IMG/VR virus record: IMGVR_UViG_3300044786_000023
Location: 1-64,000 of that record
Strand: one strand, 5' to 3'
Origin: a virus
Length of the DNA stretch: 64,000 bases
Under the pieces are notes generated by a model. The model searched no databases, was not told the DNA's origin, and saw only the letters and a program-made list of their open reading frames with translations. Both the position numbers and the translations under genes were made by a program. Numbering within the stretch: position 1 is the stretch's first letter; each line of letters opens with the position of its first letter. Shown here one piece after another: positions 23,787-32,856 of this stretch.

Positions 23787-23952
23787 GAATGGACCGTATC
23801 TGGTTACGGATGTTATCAATAAGGATGGTACAAAGGCCAGCCCTATTGCCCTATGCCGTTGTGGACATTCTGCTACCAAACCGTTTTGTGATGGCAAGCA
23901 TAAGATAGTAAATTTTGAAGCTGAACAAGTTGAGTTAGATGAGCATATCTAG
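23752..23952 (+). CDS. CDGSH-type iron-sulfur domain protein
   Basis: CRCGHSATKPFCDGKH (23854-23901) fits C-x-C-x2-S-x3-P-x-C-D-G-x-H. The likely start is ATG 23767. Confidence 0.75.
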   Translation: MGVYRMKIVCLKNGPYLVTDVINKDGTKASPIALCRCGHSATKPFCDGKHKIVNFEAEQVELDEHI

Positions 23953-24508
23953 TTATCAAGCTGGACTTCGTTCCGCCGTTCGTGGGCTTTACAACGGTGC
24001 CTTGAATCGTAGTCAGTTTACTGATGCGCTTAAGTCGGCTATCCGTAGAGGCTTAACACAGGCTTTCATCGAAGGTGCTAAAGACTGCGGCATTAAACAG
24101 GATGAATTGAGCGACAAAGAACTGGATACACTTACAGAGGCAATCGAAAGTGAGTATGAATACATCGGCAACTTTGGGGATGCAATTAAAGAGAGTGAGA
24201 AGTTAGCGGCACTCTATAGCCGCTTGGATAAGTGGACTAACAGATATACCGACATTGTGAATCGGGCCAAGGTTCTAGCTTGTGCGGATTCCAAGCTGGA
24301 ATGGGAACTTGGCGCAACTGAGAAACATTGCTCAACATGCCCCAGGCTACATGGCAAAGTCAAGCGCGGTAGTCAGTGGGAGAAGCTAGGTATTCATCCC
24401 CAGCGGCCTCCTAATGCCTGCCTTGAATGTGGGGGATGGGAATGTAAATGTCGGCTTAAGCGCACTGATAAAGTGGTTAGCCGTGGAAGTTTAGGAGTAA
24501 GCTGTTAA
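23939..24508 (+). CDS. minor head protein, SPP1 gp7/Mu F-like
   Basis: Positioned after the portal. The C-terminal Cys motif is CSTCPRLHG...PNACLECGGWECKCRL. Confidence 0.6.
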   Translation: MSISSYQAGLRSAVRGLYNGALNRSQFTDALKSAIRRGLTQAFIEGAKDCGIKQDELSDKELDTLTEAIESEYEYIGNFGDAIKESEKLAALYSRLDKWTNRYTDIVNRAKVLACADSKLEWELGATEKHCSTCPRLHGKVKRGSQWEKLGIHPQRPPNACLECGGWECKCRLKRTDKVVSRGSLGVSC

Positions 24509-24726
24509 TGGCAAGTAGCAATGTAAAGATGGAAGGTACTAAGCTAATAGAAGAAGCTACGTTGACAATCACCTTTCGTAAAGTAACGCGATGGCGACTG
24601 CTAATAGCAATATTGCTACTTAAGTTAGCCGATTATGTTGCACCTTTACAAATTGTTATGGGTAATGAAAGCGAGAAAAGTCGTAAGGTTACGCGAGCTA
24701 GACATCAGGACTTGATTGAACAATGA
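24508..24726 (+). CDS. hypothetical protein
   Basis: Track ORF. Confidence 0.4.
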   Translation: MASSNVKMEGTKLIEEATLTITFRKVTRWRLLIAILLLKLADYVAPLQIVMGNESEKSRKVTRARHQDLIEQ

Positions 24727-27143
24727 AATATCTTAATCTACCCAAACCGCATGGCTTTCTAATCTGGCGTGGCAAGCAGACGGCTATTGCCAGTCCTACC
24801 GCTTTAAGCATAGGTGAGAAGATGTTAATCATCAGTGACGGTGAGCCATATGGTGAAGCTATCTTATCGCAACCCGTAGCTGTGAATTTAAGCGGCCTGG
24901 AGGATATGCAAGACTCCCACTGCGTAAGGCCAGAGGATAGAAAACTCTACTGGCCCAATGCGGATAAGTTCTTTGTCTATAAGCTCAAAAGCTGGCAACC
25001 GTATGAGGACTTCATCGGCACTGGTAAGATGTACGATGGTGAGGAAGTTGTCAAACGCGTTCTGCCTCGCAAGGGAATTGAGATAAGCGGTGATGAGGCA
25101 GAGGTGCTCGACTTACCTGAGCCAACTAATGAACAGCAGAAGTTACTAGAACAGGTTGAACGCTTACCTAAAACGCTAATCCTGCTAGATGAAGCTGTAA
25201 GGCTAGAGGATGGTAAGGCTGTATATTGCAGCGGGGTAGACTGTAGCAAGCTTGACCCGGTACTAGCCGCTACGCTAGACGGCATTAAGTCGGCTGACTC
25301 CTTGCCATTGTACCAGTTAGCACTTGTGCGGATTCCACGGTTAGCGTTTAAAGAAAAAAAAAGTAATGAAAGTGAGAAGGCTATGCCATACAAGATTGTT
25401 AATAACCATCCCGATTGCGATGATGATAAACTTTATGCGGTAGTCAATACCGAAACTGACGAATCTAAAGGATGTAGTGCAAGCGAGGACATGGCTAAAG
25501 AACATATGGCCGCGTTGATGGCTAACGAAGGTAAAAGCATTAAAGAGTTAATCGTCGAAGCGCGGAAATGCTATAACGAAGGCATGCCCATGCCGATGAT
25601 GATGTACGGCCCTGTTACTTTCGCTGAATTGCAAGCTATTGAGGAAGCAAAGGAACAGGCGCAAGAGGCGCACGAACTTACCTATCAATTTCAAATGCTA
25701 TCCTCAAATATTCTCAGTTCTGATATAGAGGATAAGGCAGCAGCATTAGCGGCGCTGGCTAGTGAGTATGGCGGTCTGGTGAGTGAGGCTGTTAAGGGCA
25801 GTGAGGTAGCAGAGGATAACAAAGCTGGTGAAGGTTATCTTGTATCCGGCGAAGAGGGGGATCACTTACCTACCCGCAAGAATGGCAAGCTAGATCACAG
25901 GCTTATGGGTGCAGCATGGGCGGCGCTTCATTCGGGCTATCGTGGTAACAAATACGAAGGGCTGGGTAAAGTGCAAGCTATAGCCAAGCTTAAAAAGCTG
26001 TACGAATCTGAAGGTATGGATACGCCAAACGAAAAGGGAGATACCGAAGTACTCGAAGATGAGAAAGTCGGTAAGCGGATCCGGCAAAGTATGAAGGATC
26101 GTCTTAAGCAAGCATGGGAAACGATTAAAGAAGTCATGGACTGGGCCGAGCCAACCGATGATATGGATATGATGTCTAAGAGTCTGGACTTTAGCACTGG
26201 TTATGGTGCATCGGCGGTTAAGCAATCAGATGGTGAGTACTGGCACTTTGCATGGTCAACTAATGCCTTTGAGGATAGGGAAAGAGAAATATTCTCTACC
26301 AAGTCGCTTGAACAATACGTAGATGAGGCTCAGCAAAAAGGCGATATGGGATTCTTTAATCTGTGGCATATCGGCACAAAAGAGAATCCCGGCCTAACTG
26401 ACTTTGCCGAGATTAAATGGCAGGGCGTAGTGGGGCGAATCTTAGTTGAGGCTGGCCCATACCTAAACGATGAAAAGGGGCAAGCGGCTAAGGCATACTT
26501 TACACAATACCCTGATGGCGATTCTGACATAGCGCCGGAAGGGTGGGGATCATCTCCTGAATATAGATACTTGCCAGAAGAGCGCAAAACAGGTGTATAT
26601 CATAATATCTGGAAAACTCGCACGTCAACCCTTCCAAGATTGGCGGCGGCTAACATTTGGACGAAAGGAACTACAATGGCTTTATCAGATCAGCAAAAGG
26701 CAGCGGCTGTTAAAATCTTCGGAGAGGAATTGACGGCCAAAATTGTTAAAGGGGCAGAGGATGCAACAAAGGAACTAGAGGAAGCGGGAGTCGCTCATAA
26801 GGAAGTTACGGCAACAGAGGAAGTTCCCAAAGCCGAAGTATCCGTAGCCGAAATTGCCGATGAAGTTGTCAAGAGAATCGACCTGGCTTCTATCGGCGAG
26901 GCGCTTACCGTATTAGGCCAAGGCTTGGCAGAGTTACAAGGTGAAATGAAGGCGTTAAAGAAAACAGAGGATATTAAAACGAATGAAGAAACCCCGCGCT
27001 TTGTCTGGTCAATGGTACAACGTGCCAGCCAAGCCGAAGGAACTAAAGTTGCAGATGACGACGACTTAAAGAACAAGAAACCTGTGGAAGTACAGGTAAC
27101 AGATAAGTCGGGCGCTGCGGCCTTCTTTCCAGCGCGAGGATAA
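24723..27143 (+). CDS. 806-aa fusion: ASCH/PUA-like N-terminus, prohead-protease-like middle, scaffold-like coiled-coil C-terminus (tentative)
   Basis: The N-terminus LIWRGKQTAIASP...GEAIL is ASCH-like. The middle FAWSTNAFEDREREIFSTKSL...NLWHIG is HK97-protease-like. The C-terminal region is Ala/Glu/Lys-rich and lies directly before the capsid gene. Confidence 0.45.
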   Translation: MKYLNLPKPHGFLIWRGKQTAIASPTALSIGEKMLIISDGEPYGEAILSQPVAVNLSGLEDMQDSHCVRPEDRKLYWPNADKFFVYKLKSWQPYEDFIGTGKMYDGEEVVKRVLPRKGIEISGDEAEVLDLPEPTNEQQKLLEQVERLPKTLILLDEAVRLEDGKAVYCSGVDCSKLDPVLAATLDGIKSADSLPLYQLALVRIPRLAFKEKKSNESEKAMPYKIVNNHPDCDDDKLYAVVNTETDESKGCSASEDMAKEHMAALMANEGKSIKELIVEARKCYNEGMPMPMMMYGPVTFAELQAIEEAKEQAQEAHELTYQFQMLSSNILSSDIEDKAAALAALASEYGGLVSEAVKGSEVAEDNKAGEGYLVSGEEGDHLPTRKNGKLDHRLMGAAWAALHSGYRGNKYEGLGKVQAIAKLKKLYESEGMDTPNEKGDTEVLEDEKVGKRIRQSMKDRLKQAWETIKEVMDWAEPTDDMDMMSKSLDFSTGYGASAVKQSDGEYWHFAWSTNAFEDREREIFSTKSLEQYVDEAQQKGDMGFFNLWHIGTKENPGLTDFAEIKWQGVVGRILVEAGPYLNDEKGQAAKAYFTQYPDGDSDIAPEGWGSSPEYRYLPEERKTGVYHNIWKTRTSTLPRLAAANIWTKGTTMALSDQQKAAAVKIFGEELTAKIVKGAEDATKELEEAGVAHKEVTATEEVPKAEVSVAEIADEVVKRIDLASIGEALTVLGQGLAELQGEMKALKKTEDIKTNEETPRFVWSMVQRASQAEGTKVADDDDLKNKKPVEVQVTDKSGAAAFFPARG

Positions 27144-27145
27144 CA

Positions 27146-28573
27146 ATGGATGAAACTAAGTTCGCTCAAGAAATGGCTAAAGCGTTAGCGCCGATTCTGG
27201 CTCAACAGAATGGCGGCTATGCTTATGGCAAGAAGGCTACAGGTGTACCTACCTTAGCTAACTATTTGTATGAAGAGGGTGGCTTGTTTGGCCGCTGCGA
27301 TGGGTCTAGCACACTCATTAACGCGCTAGTCGGCCCTATCGGTTATGAGAAAGTTCTTACCTGGGTTGGCACGGATACCGAACGTGAATTCGTGGATGCC
27401 TGGTCGGATATTGACATTACCACTGGCGAGCAGTCAACGGTTTGTGGTAACTGTCAAACGGCTTCGATGCGGGCCTGTGCGCAATTCTACTGCTTTGGTA
27501 GATTTTGTCGCCAGTCTCAGGAATTGCAGTTTGACCGCATCGGTCTACGCGCTAACAGCGGCGTGCCTATCAAAAATCTCTTTGGCTCAATTACCGGCCC
27601 TGATGGTGGTGTGCTTGTTCCGCAAGGCGCTGCGCTTACAGATGACTTCTACACTCAGACGGCGCTTGTCGGATATGCATTACGACTGAGAAATGCGCAA
27701 TTGCTATGGAGCGGGAATCCCATCAACAACGCTGGCGCATATGCAGAACATGCCGGTTTTCAACTGTTGGTAAACACGGGCAAGTTTGACGCCTATACTC
27801 AAATTGCCTGTAACGCACTGGACTCCTTCCTTCTCAACTTCGCCAATAATGCACCGGCTGCTGATGGCACATATGCAATCCGTACCTGGTTCGGACGTAT
27901 GATGAACCAGTTCAGAGTCCGCGCCGACAGAGCCGGATTAGATTGGGACACGGCAGTAATGGACATTGTTATGACTCCCAATTTGTGGGATTGTATATCG
28001 CGGGTATACGCCTGTGCAGGTCTTGACTTATGCACGCTGACCAATGCACAGAATAACACAGTCCAGAACGCAGACCAGGCGCAGAACCGCTATGAAAACT
28101 ATCTAAGCACGATGCAACTGCCGATTGATGGCAAGTTGTACCCTGTGGTACTTGATAGCCAGATTCCAGAGACAACGGGACAGGCTAACGGCATTTGTAG
28201 CGACATCTACTTCATCACGCGTGAAATTAGCGGAAGTACTATCACCTACGGCAACTATCAGGATTTTAATAAAACCTATGGCCGTACTCGCAATGAGATG
28301 GTATCCATGTTCGGTAGTGACGATATCGCCATTACCGATAATGGCCGTTTCGCTCTTGTGCGTGATAATGAACGTGGTTGCTTTGACATCCAGGCTTACA
28401 CCAAGCCGCGCATCGTTATGGAAATGCCGCAACTGAGCGGGCGTATCCGCAACGTGTGCTGTAACGTGTTAGGCCAGCCGTTCCCGGATCCAACGGGTAG
28501 TGGCCGCGTTTACGAGTTAGGTGGTGGTCGTACACTGACCCCAATTCCAGTTTTGTACTCAGACAACTGCTAG
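27146..28573 (+). CDS. major capsid protein (by position)
   Basis: 475 aa, immediately after the scaffold-like gene, and followed by a strong hairpin. Confidence 0.6.
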   Translation: MDETKFAQEMAKALAPILAQQNGGYAYGKKATGVPTLANYLYEEGGLFGRCDGSSTLINALVGPIGYEKVLTWVGTDTEREFVDAWSDIDITTGEQSTVCGNCQTASMRACAQFYCFGRFCRQSQELQFDRIGLRANSGVPIKNLFGSITGPDGGVLVPQGAALTDDFYTQTALVGYALRLRNAQLLWSGNPINNAGAYAEHAGFQLLVNTGKFDAYTQIACNALDSFLLNFANNAPAADGTYAIRTWFGRMMNQFRVRADRAGLDWDTAVMDIVMTPNLWDCISRVYACAGLDLCTLTNAQNNTVQNADQAQNRYENYLSTMQLPIDGKLYPVVLDSQIPETTGQANGICSDIYFITREISGSTITYGNYQDFNKTYGRTRNEMVSMFGSDDIAITDNGRFALVRDNERGCFDIQAYTKPRIVMEMPQLSGRIRNVCCNVLGQPFPDPTGSGRVYELGGGRTLTPIPVLYSDNC

Positions 28574-28599
28574 ACAAATAGCAGAGGTTGTGTTATACT
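28571..28599 (+). promoter_or_regulatory. promoter-like TAGACA-17-TATACT (same architecture as 48435-48463)
   Basis: -35 at 28571-28576 and -10 at 28594-28599, with TGT immediately upstream of the -10. Confidence 0.35.
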
Positions 28600-28629
28600 T
28601 TAAGTGGATTTGGATTGGACTTGAGGATA

Positions 28630-28661
28630 GGCTAGGGGTATCAACGGTGGTATCCCTAGCC
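28630..28661 (+). other. 13-bp stem-loop after the capsid gene
   Basis: GGCTAGGGGTATC (28630-28642) pairs with GGTATCCCTAGCC (28649-28661), including 2 G-U pairs. There is no T-run. Confidence 0.5.
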
Positions 28662-28683
28662 ACTCTCTAAAGCAGAGGACTAG

Positions 28684-29448
28684 ATGAGAGACTATACTGT
28701 TAATTCACTGACAATTCTACACTATGGCCGTGATTATCTTTCGGCGGCTTTACAAGCTGTCTATCCCTTAGTTGATAGGCAGCTAATTTTTTACGTTCCG
28801 CATCCCTCGCACGGACATAGAACCGACATTCCCCCTATTGAATCAAGAGATGAATTACTCGATAGCATCCCTGCTTATATGTGGGATAAGGTGCAATGGA
28901 TTGACACGGATTTTTGGAATGAGGGACAACAAAGGGATTATGCTTTGTCGGTTGCTTCACAGTCTTGTGACCTAGTGCTTACAATTGACTATGATGAGAT
29001 ACACCATGCCCATGTGTTAGATAAGATGCTTAATCACGTTTGGCAGATGAATGGGGCAAGGCGTTGGCTTGTGAATATGCTCCATTTTTGGCGTAGCTTT
29101 TCATTTGCTTGCTCTGATAATAACTGGCCCGTCCGCATTATAGATACACGTCATGACGGTGGCACGGGTTATGTCCCAAAAGAACTAGGTGATATTGCGC
29201 ATATGGGGTATGCTATTACCGATAAGGTTTGCAGATACAAAATTTCTATCCACGGCCATAAGGATGAATTGCGTCCTAACTGGTACGAGGAAAAGTGGCA
29301 AGCGTGGCCTCCCCCTGATGACTGTCACCCGACGAATGGTAAGAATGACGAGGGAGTCGGCTGGTGGAATCCGCAGCCGTTTGACAAGAGAGAGTTACCT
29401 TATGTTATGCATAGTCATCAATATTGGGATTTAGAAAGGATTGAATAA
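28684..29448 (+). CDS. putative glycosyltransferase (GT-A/GT2-like)
   Basis: Carries LTILHYGRDYLSAAL... and the DxD-like LTIDYDE. Confidence 0.45.
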   Translation: MRDYTVNSLTILHYGRDYLSAALQAVYPLVDRQLIFYVPHPSHGHRTDIPPIESRDELLDSIPAYMWDKVQWIDTDFWNEGQQRDYALSVASQSCDLVLTIDYDEIHHAHVLDKMLNHVWQMNGARRWLVNMLHFWRSFSFACSDNNWPVRIIDTRHDGGTGYVPKELGDIAHMGYAITDKVCRYKISIHGHKDELRPNWYEEKWQAWPPPDDCHPTNGKNDEGVGWWNPQPFDKRELPYVMHSHQYWDLERIE

Positions 29449-29609
29449 TGACTGTACTATTGCCCTTACTTTTTGTTCTAATCGGTGGGTTAGCTTATCT
29501 GCTAGCGGCTAATCCAAAATACCAGCAGCTTGGCCTGGTTACTTTCGGCTGTGGTTTATTGGTTTTCCTGCTAACTGGCGGGCAGCAGGTAGTGAGCTTA
29601 TTTCAATGA
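29448..29609 (+). CDS. 53-aa two-TM membrane protein
   Basis: Not in the track. TAATG and ATGA overlaps lie at its two ends. Confidence 0.4.
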   Translation: MTVLLPLLFVLIGGLAYLLAANPKYQQLGLVTFGCGLLVFLLTGGQQVVSLFQ

Positions 29610-29827
29610 AGTTTGAACACAAAACAGTAAATTTGAAGGAAAGACAAGAAAAACATAGGTCATTGGACTTTGAGTATTTCTTAAATCAAGAGGGCGATAA
29701 GGAATGGGAGCTTGTCTCAGTTGATAACGGCATAGCCTACTTCAAGCGGCCCTTGCGCACCAAGTCGGAAGCCGAGATACTGGCGCATTTTGATTATCCG
29801 CGACTGGATAGAAGTTCAGAAGTATGA
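29606..29827 (+). CDS. hypothetical protein
   Basis: Track ORF. Confidence 0.5.
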   Translation: MKFEHKTVNLKERQEKHRSLDFEYFLNQEGDKEWELVSVDNGIAYFKRPLRTKSEAEILAHFDYPRLDRSSEV

Positions 29828-30660
29828 ACATAACGTTTGTCCGCACTCGCCACGTTTATGATAGCTATATTGATTTTATCCGCTTGGCCGAATTGTCTGA
29901 TTTCCCTCTTATCTACTCTGATGAAGTGGATACTAGCAAAGAAGGTGTTTACATATTCATAACCATGAATGGTGACGTGGAATCGCATCTTAAGAACGAG
30001 GTAAGCTCCGGCAAGGCGCGTTACGCTCACTTGATTCTTTGGAATCTAGAACGACCAAGCGGTTCGGCTGGCAGTGTAGGCAACTATGCCAAGCGTCATA
30101 GACAGCTTATGTATGATAGGATATTTGACGAGTGCTGGTGTTCGGATAGGCGCCTGGCCGAAGAGACTCAAATACGCTTTGTGGTACTTGGCAGTGATGA
30201 AGGACTCGGCAGTCCCGGTGATGAAAAGTTCTATGACTTTTGCCATATGTCCTATCTGATTCCACGTCGCTCCAATGTCTACAGCAAGTTCAATCCTGAA
30301 CGCATCGGCCCTAACTGCTGGCCGCCCGAACGTGATGAGGTGCTGAGGCAGTCCAGATTCGCGCTTAACATTCATCAGGATATACACCCGTTCCAGGAGC
30401 CGTTGCGCCTGGCCCTATTCGCTGCTTATGGCTTGCCCGTTATCAGCGAAACTATCTTTGACTCCTATCCATGGGATTCTGATGTGGCTATATTTAGTGG
30501 GTATGACAGCATTGTGTCCAAGCTTAGGCAGGTGCTAGATGAACCATACGAAGCTTATAAAGAGATGGGCTTAAGGGCAAGGGAGAGGATGACAAAGGAT
30601 TTTCAATTTGGCAAAGTTGTAAGGGAAGCTGTGGCGCAATCCGTGGATGGCTGGCGATGA
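29824..30660 (+). CDS. GT1-like (CgeB-type C-terminal domain) glycosyltransferase
   Basis: LRLALFAAYGLPVISE...KLRQVLDEPYEAYKEMGLRARERM parallels the C-terminus of 41904..43658. Confidence 0.5.
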   Translation: MNITFVRTRHVYDSYIDFIRLAELSDFPLIYSDEVDTSKEGVYIFITMNGDVESHLKNEVSSGKARYAHLILWNLERPSGSAGSVGNYAKRHRQLMYDRIFDECWCSDRRLAEETQIRFVVLGSDEGLGSPGDEKFYDFCHMSYLIPRRSNVYSKFNPERIGPNCWPPERDEVLRQSRFALNIHQDIHPFQEPLRLALFAAYGLPVISETIFDSYPWDSDVAIFSGYDSIVSKLRQVLDEPYEAYKEMGLRARERMTKDFQFGKVVREAVAQSVDGWR

Positions 30661-31193
30661 TTAGACGTAATCGCAATACTCCATTTGTAGCCTATGATTT
30701 ATTTGGTGGCTACATCTCCCTTGTTTTCGATGCTATGGATTGGATAGTAAGTTTCTGGATTGGCAAGCCTCCATATATTGTTGGAGGAATTAGAAAATCA
30801 TCTGAGTGTTTTGGCATATTCAACCTTTGGATTGGTGATAGACTAATTTTTGATAGTCAAGATAGGGGATATGGAAATATATCAAAAAGACAACCCACTA
30901 CACCGATTGAATATGTTGGCTGGATATATGGTAATGTCGAAGATGAATGGATACTAAGGGAACTTGGTGTTACAGGTAAAATGATTTGGAAGGCATCTGA
31001 TAACAGTAATCGCGTTCAGCCCACGGCTGATGAGAAATCTGGCATTTTTGAGTATTGTACCATCACAATGGAAGTAGCCAAGAGGTTACGCAATAACTAT
31101 TCTGCTTTTCCCCCGCAAACCTTCACTGGTATAGATAAGGATGGTAATCAAACTATCCATCAGCCACTTTGGAAAGGTATCTATGAAGATTAG
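30657..31193 (+). CDS. hypothetical protein
   Basis: Track ORF. Confidence 0.5.
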   Translation: MIRRNRNTPFVAYDLFGGYISLVFDAMDWIVSFWIGKPPYIVGGIRKSSECFGIFNLWIGDRLIFDSQDRGYGNISKRQPTTPIEYVGWIYGNVEDEWILRELGVTGKMIWKASDNSNRVQPTADEKSGIFEYCTITMEVAKRLRNNYSAFPPQTFTGIDKDGNQTIHQPLWKGIYED

Positions 31194-31242
31194 CGGCTTC
31201 ACTTTCAGATATAATGGAATTGAGTGTAGCAATGACTTTTGA
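31183..31242 (+). pseudogene. 19-codon remnant duplicating the 5' end of GT2 gene 31634..32365
   Basis: MKISGFTF is encoded at both 31183 and 31634 (24 nt, 3 synonymous differences). The sequences diverge after that. Confidence 0.45.
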
Positions 31243-31543
31243 AGAGTGGCTCAAAACTGTTTGGCAAGAGGATGAGAATAGGGTAATTCGTGGACGGCGG
31301 ATAAATGAACTTAGAGAACGAGTTAAAGCTAAGGTCGTTGAAGTTTTTGAGGGTGATTCAACTGGTTTTAGTGGTTGCATGTGCGATAATTGTGTTGCTG
31401 TGATTATTAGAAACATGGATGCTCCCCTCACGAATATGCTAATGTCTACCGCACTTGAATATCTACTAGGCGAGAACTTTAACGGCGCAGCGGCAGGTTA
31501 CTATTATAGTTATGTAAAAGGAAATAGAGATGACTCAGTTTGA
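31214..31543 (+). CDS. hypothetical protein
   Basis: Track ORF inside the segment bounded by the duplicated gene start. Confidence 0.45.
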   Translation: MELSVAMTFEEWLKTVWQEDENRVIRGRRINELRERVKAKVVEVFEGDSTGFSGCMCDNCVAVIIRNMDAPLTNMLMSTALEYLLGENFNGAAAGYYYSYVKGNRDDSV

Positions 31544-31637
31544 TTTTATTATACTTGATGTTGTTATTGTAATTGTTTTCTTCGTTGGCGCACTTCTTTT
31601 TAAGAAGTATGTGATAGGTTCACTAGAAGATAAATGA
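31530..31637 (+). CDS. 35-aa single-TM peptide
   Basis: Not in the track. ATGA overlap with 31634. Confidence 0.3.
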   Translation: MTQFDFIILDVVIVIVFFVGALLFKKYVIGSLEDK

Positions 31638-32365
31638 AGATTAGCGGTTTCACCTTTGCCCACAATGCGCTAGAAGGTGGTTATCCCGTAGTCGAATCCA
31701 TATCGGCTGTGCGTCCTTACGTTGACGAAATCATAGCCGTTGACATCGAATCTACCGATGGCACATTCAGAGTGCTTGACCTGCTATGTGACAGAGTACT
31801 TACCTCAACTTGGGATGGTAGAGATACCACGCCACGCGCATTTATGAAGCATACTGAATGCAAAGGCGACATAATCATCTTCTTTGAGGCCGATGAGGTA
31901 TATGACGATTCTTTGCTCAGCGAAGTGCTATGGGCAATCGAGCGCGGGTATCATCACATCGGCGTATGGAGGTTACAGATTGAACAGAATTTCCAACGAT
32001 GTAGAATGTATCCGATACCAGTACATCGTATCTTTCCTAAAGGGGAAGGTTCCTATCATATCCATCCAACAAATCTACCTGATAGACCCATCCATGTCCT
32101 GTCACCTGATGCCGGATATTTATGGGACTGCAGCAACTGTTTTAGAGACTCATGGTTCCAACGCAAGCAGAATCAATCCGAAATATGGGGAGAACCTAGA
32201 AGCTTGATGGTAGCTCAACATTTTGCGGAGCCTAATGAGATAAGTAGAATCGAGGAGGAGAATAGGTTAAATGAACCTCATTGGATGTGGACATCGAGTC
32301 CATTCCATTTGCCTGAGATTCTTTTGCCTCTAGTGGGCAAGACACGCTATGAAGTGAGTATATGA
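31634..32365 (+). CDS. family-2 glycosyltransferase
   Basis: Carries ISGFTFAHNALEGGYPVVESI...IIAVDIESTDGT...FFEADEV. Paralog of 36583..37503. Confidence 0.7.
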   Translation: MKISGFTFAHNALEGGYPVVESISAVRPYVDEIIAVDIESTDGTFRVLDLLCDRVLTSTWDGRDTTPRAFMKHTECKGDIIIFFEADEVYDDSLLSEVLWAIERGYHHIGVWRLQIEQNFQRCRMYPIPVHRIFPKGEGSYHIHPTNLPDRPIHVLSPDAGYLWDCSNCFRDSWFQRKQNQSEIWGEPRSLMVAQHFAEPNEISRIEEENRLNEPHWMWTSSPFHLPEILLPLVGKTRYEVSI

Positions 32366-32856
32366 ACACCTTTACCAGACGTTCATTTCTTAAAGGTGTT
32401 TTATCTCTTGCGGCTTCATTTGCTATTCCAGTTGAATTAGTTGAACAAGCAGCTAAACTAATCGAGACTATTCCCAATGAACCGATAACTCGTAAGAATC
32501 CGGCTGGCTATATCCGTATCAATGAATTGCTTGTACCTGTAGCAAGCTTGAATATTGATACGGTATATCCTGAACCTCGTTTTATGTTTGATGGTTGGAG
32601 TGGCAAGAGTTTTAGAATTGATAAGCGACATGACGAATCACATACCGATATACAGTTCACAACTTATCAAAAGTTGCCAAGATACCTACTTGAGTCATCT
32701 ATAAAGTTTGCCGTTACCAATGAATATCTACCCTTTGAAGTAGCTGGAACTGGCTTATTTACATCCTATTCATATGATAGTATCATGATTAGTGATGAGA
32801 ACTGGAATTATACCTATGATCTTAGTGTTAATTCATTGGACAGGGTAATAAGATGA
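32362..32856 (+). CDS. hypothetical protein with twin-arginine (Tat) signal
   Basis: The N-terminus is MNTFTRRSFLKGVLSLAASFAIP. Confidence 0.55.
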   Translation: MNTFTRRSFLKGVLSLAASFAIPVELVEQAAKLIETIPNEPITRKNPAGYIRINELLVPVASLNIDTVYPEPRFMFDGWSGKSFRIDKRHDESHTDIQFTTYQKLPRYLLESSIKFAVTNEYLPFEVAGTGLFTSYSYDSIMISDENWNYTYDLSVNSLDRVIR

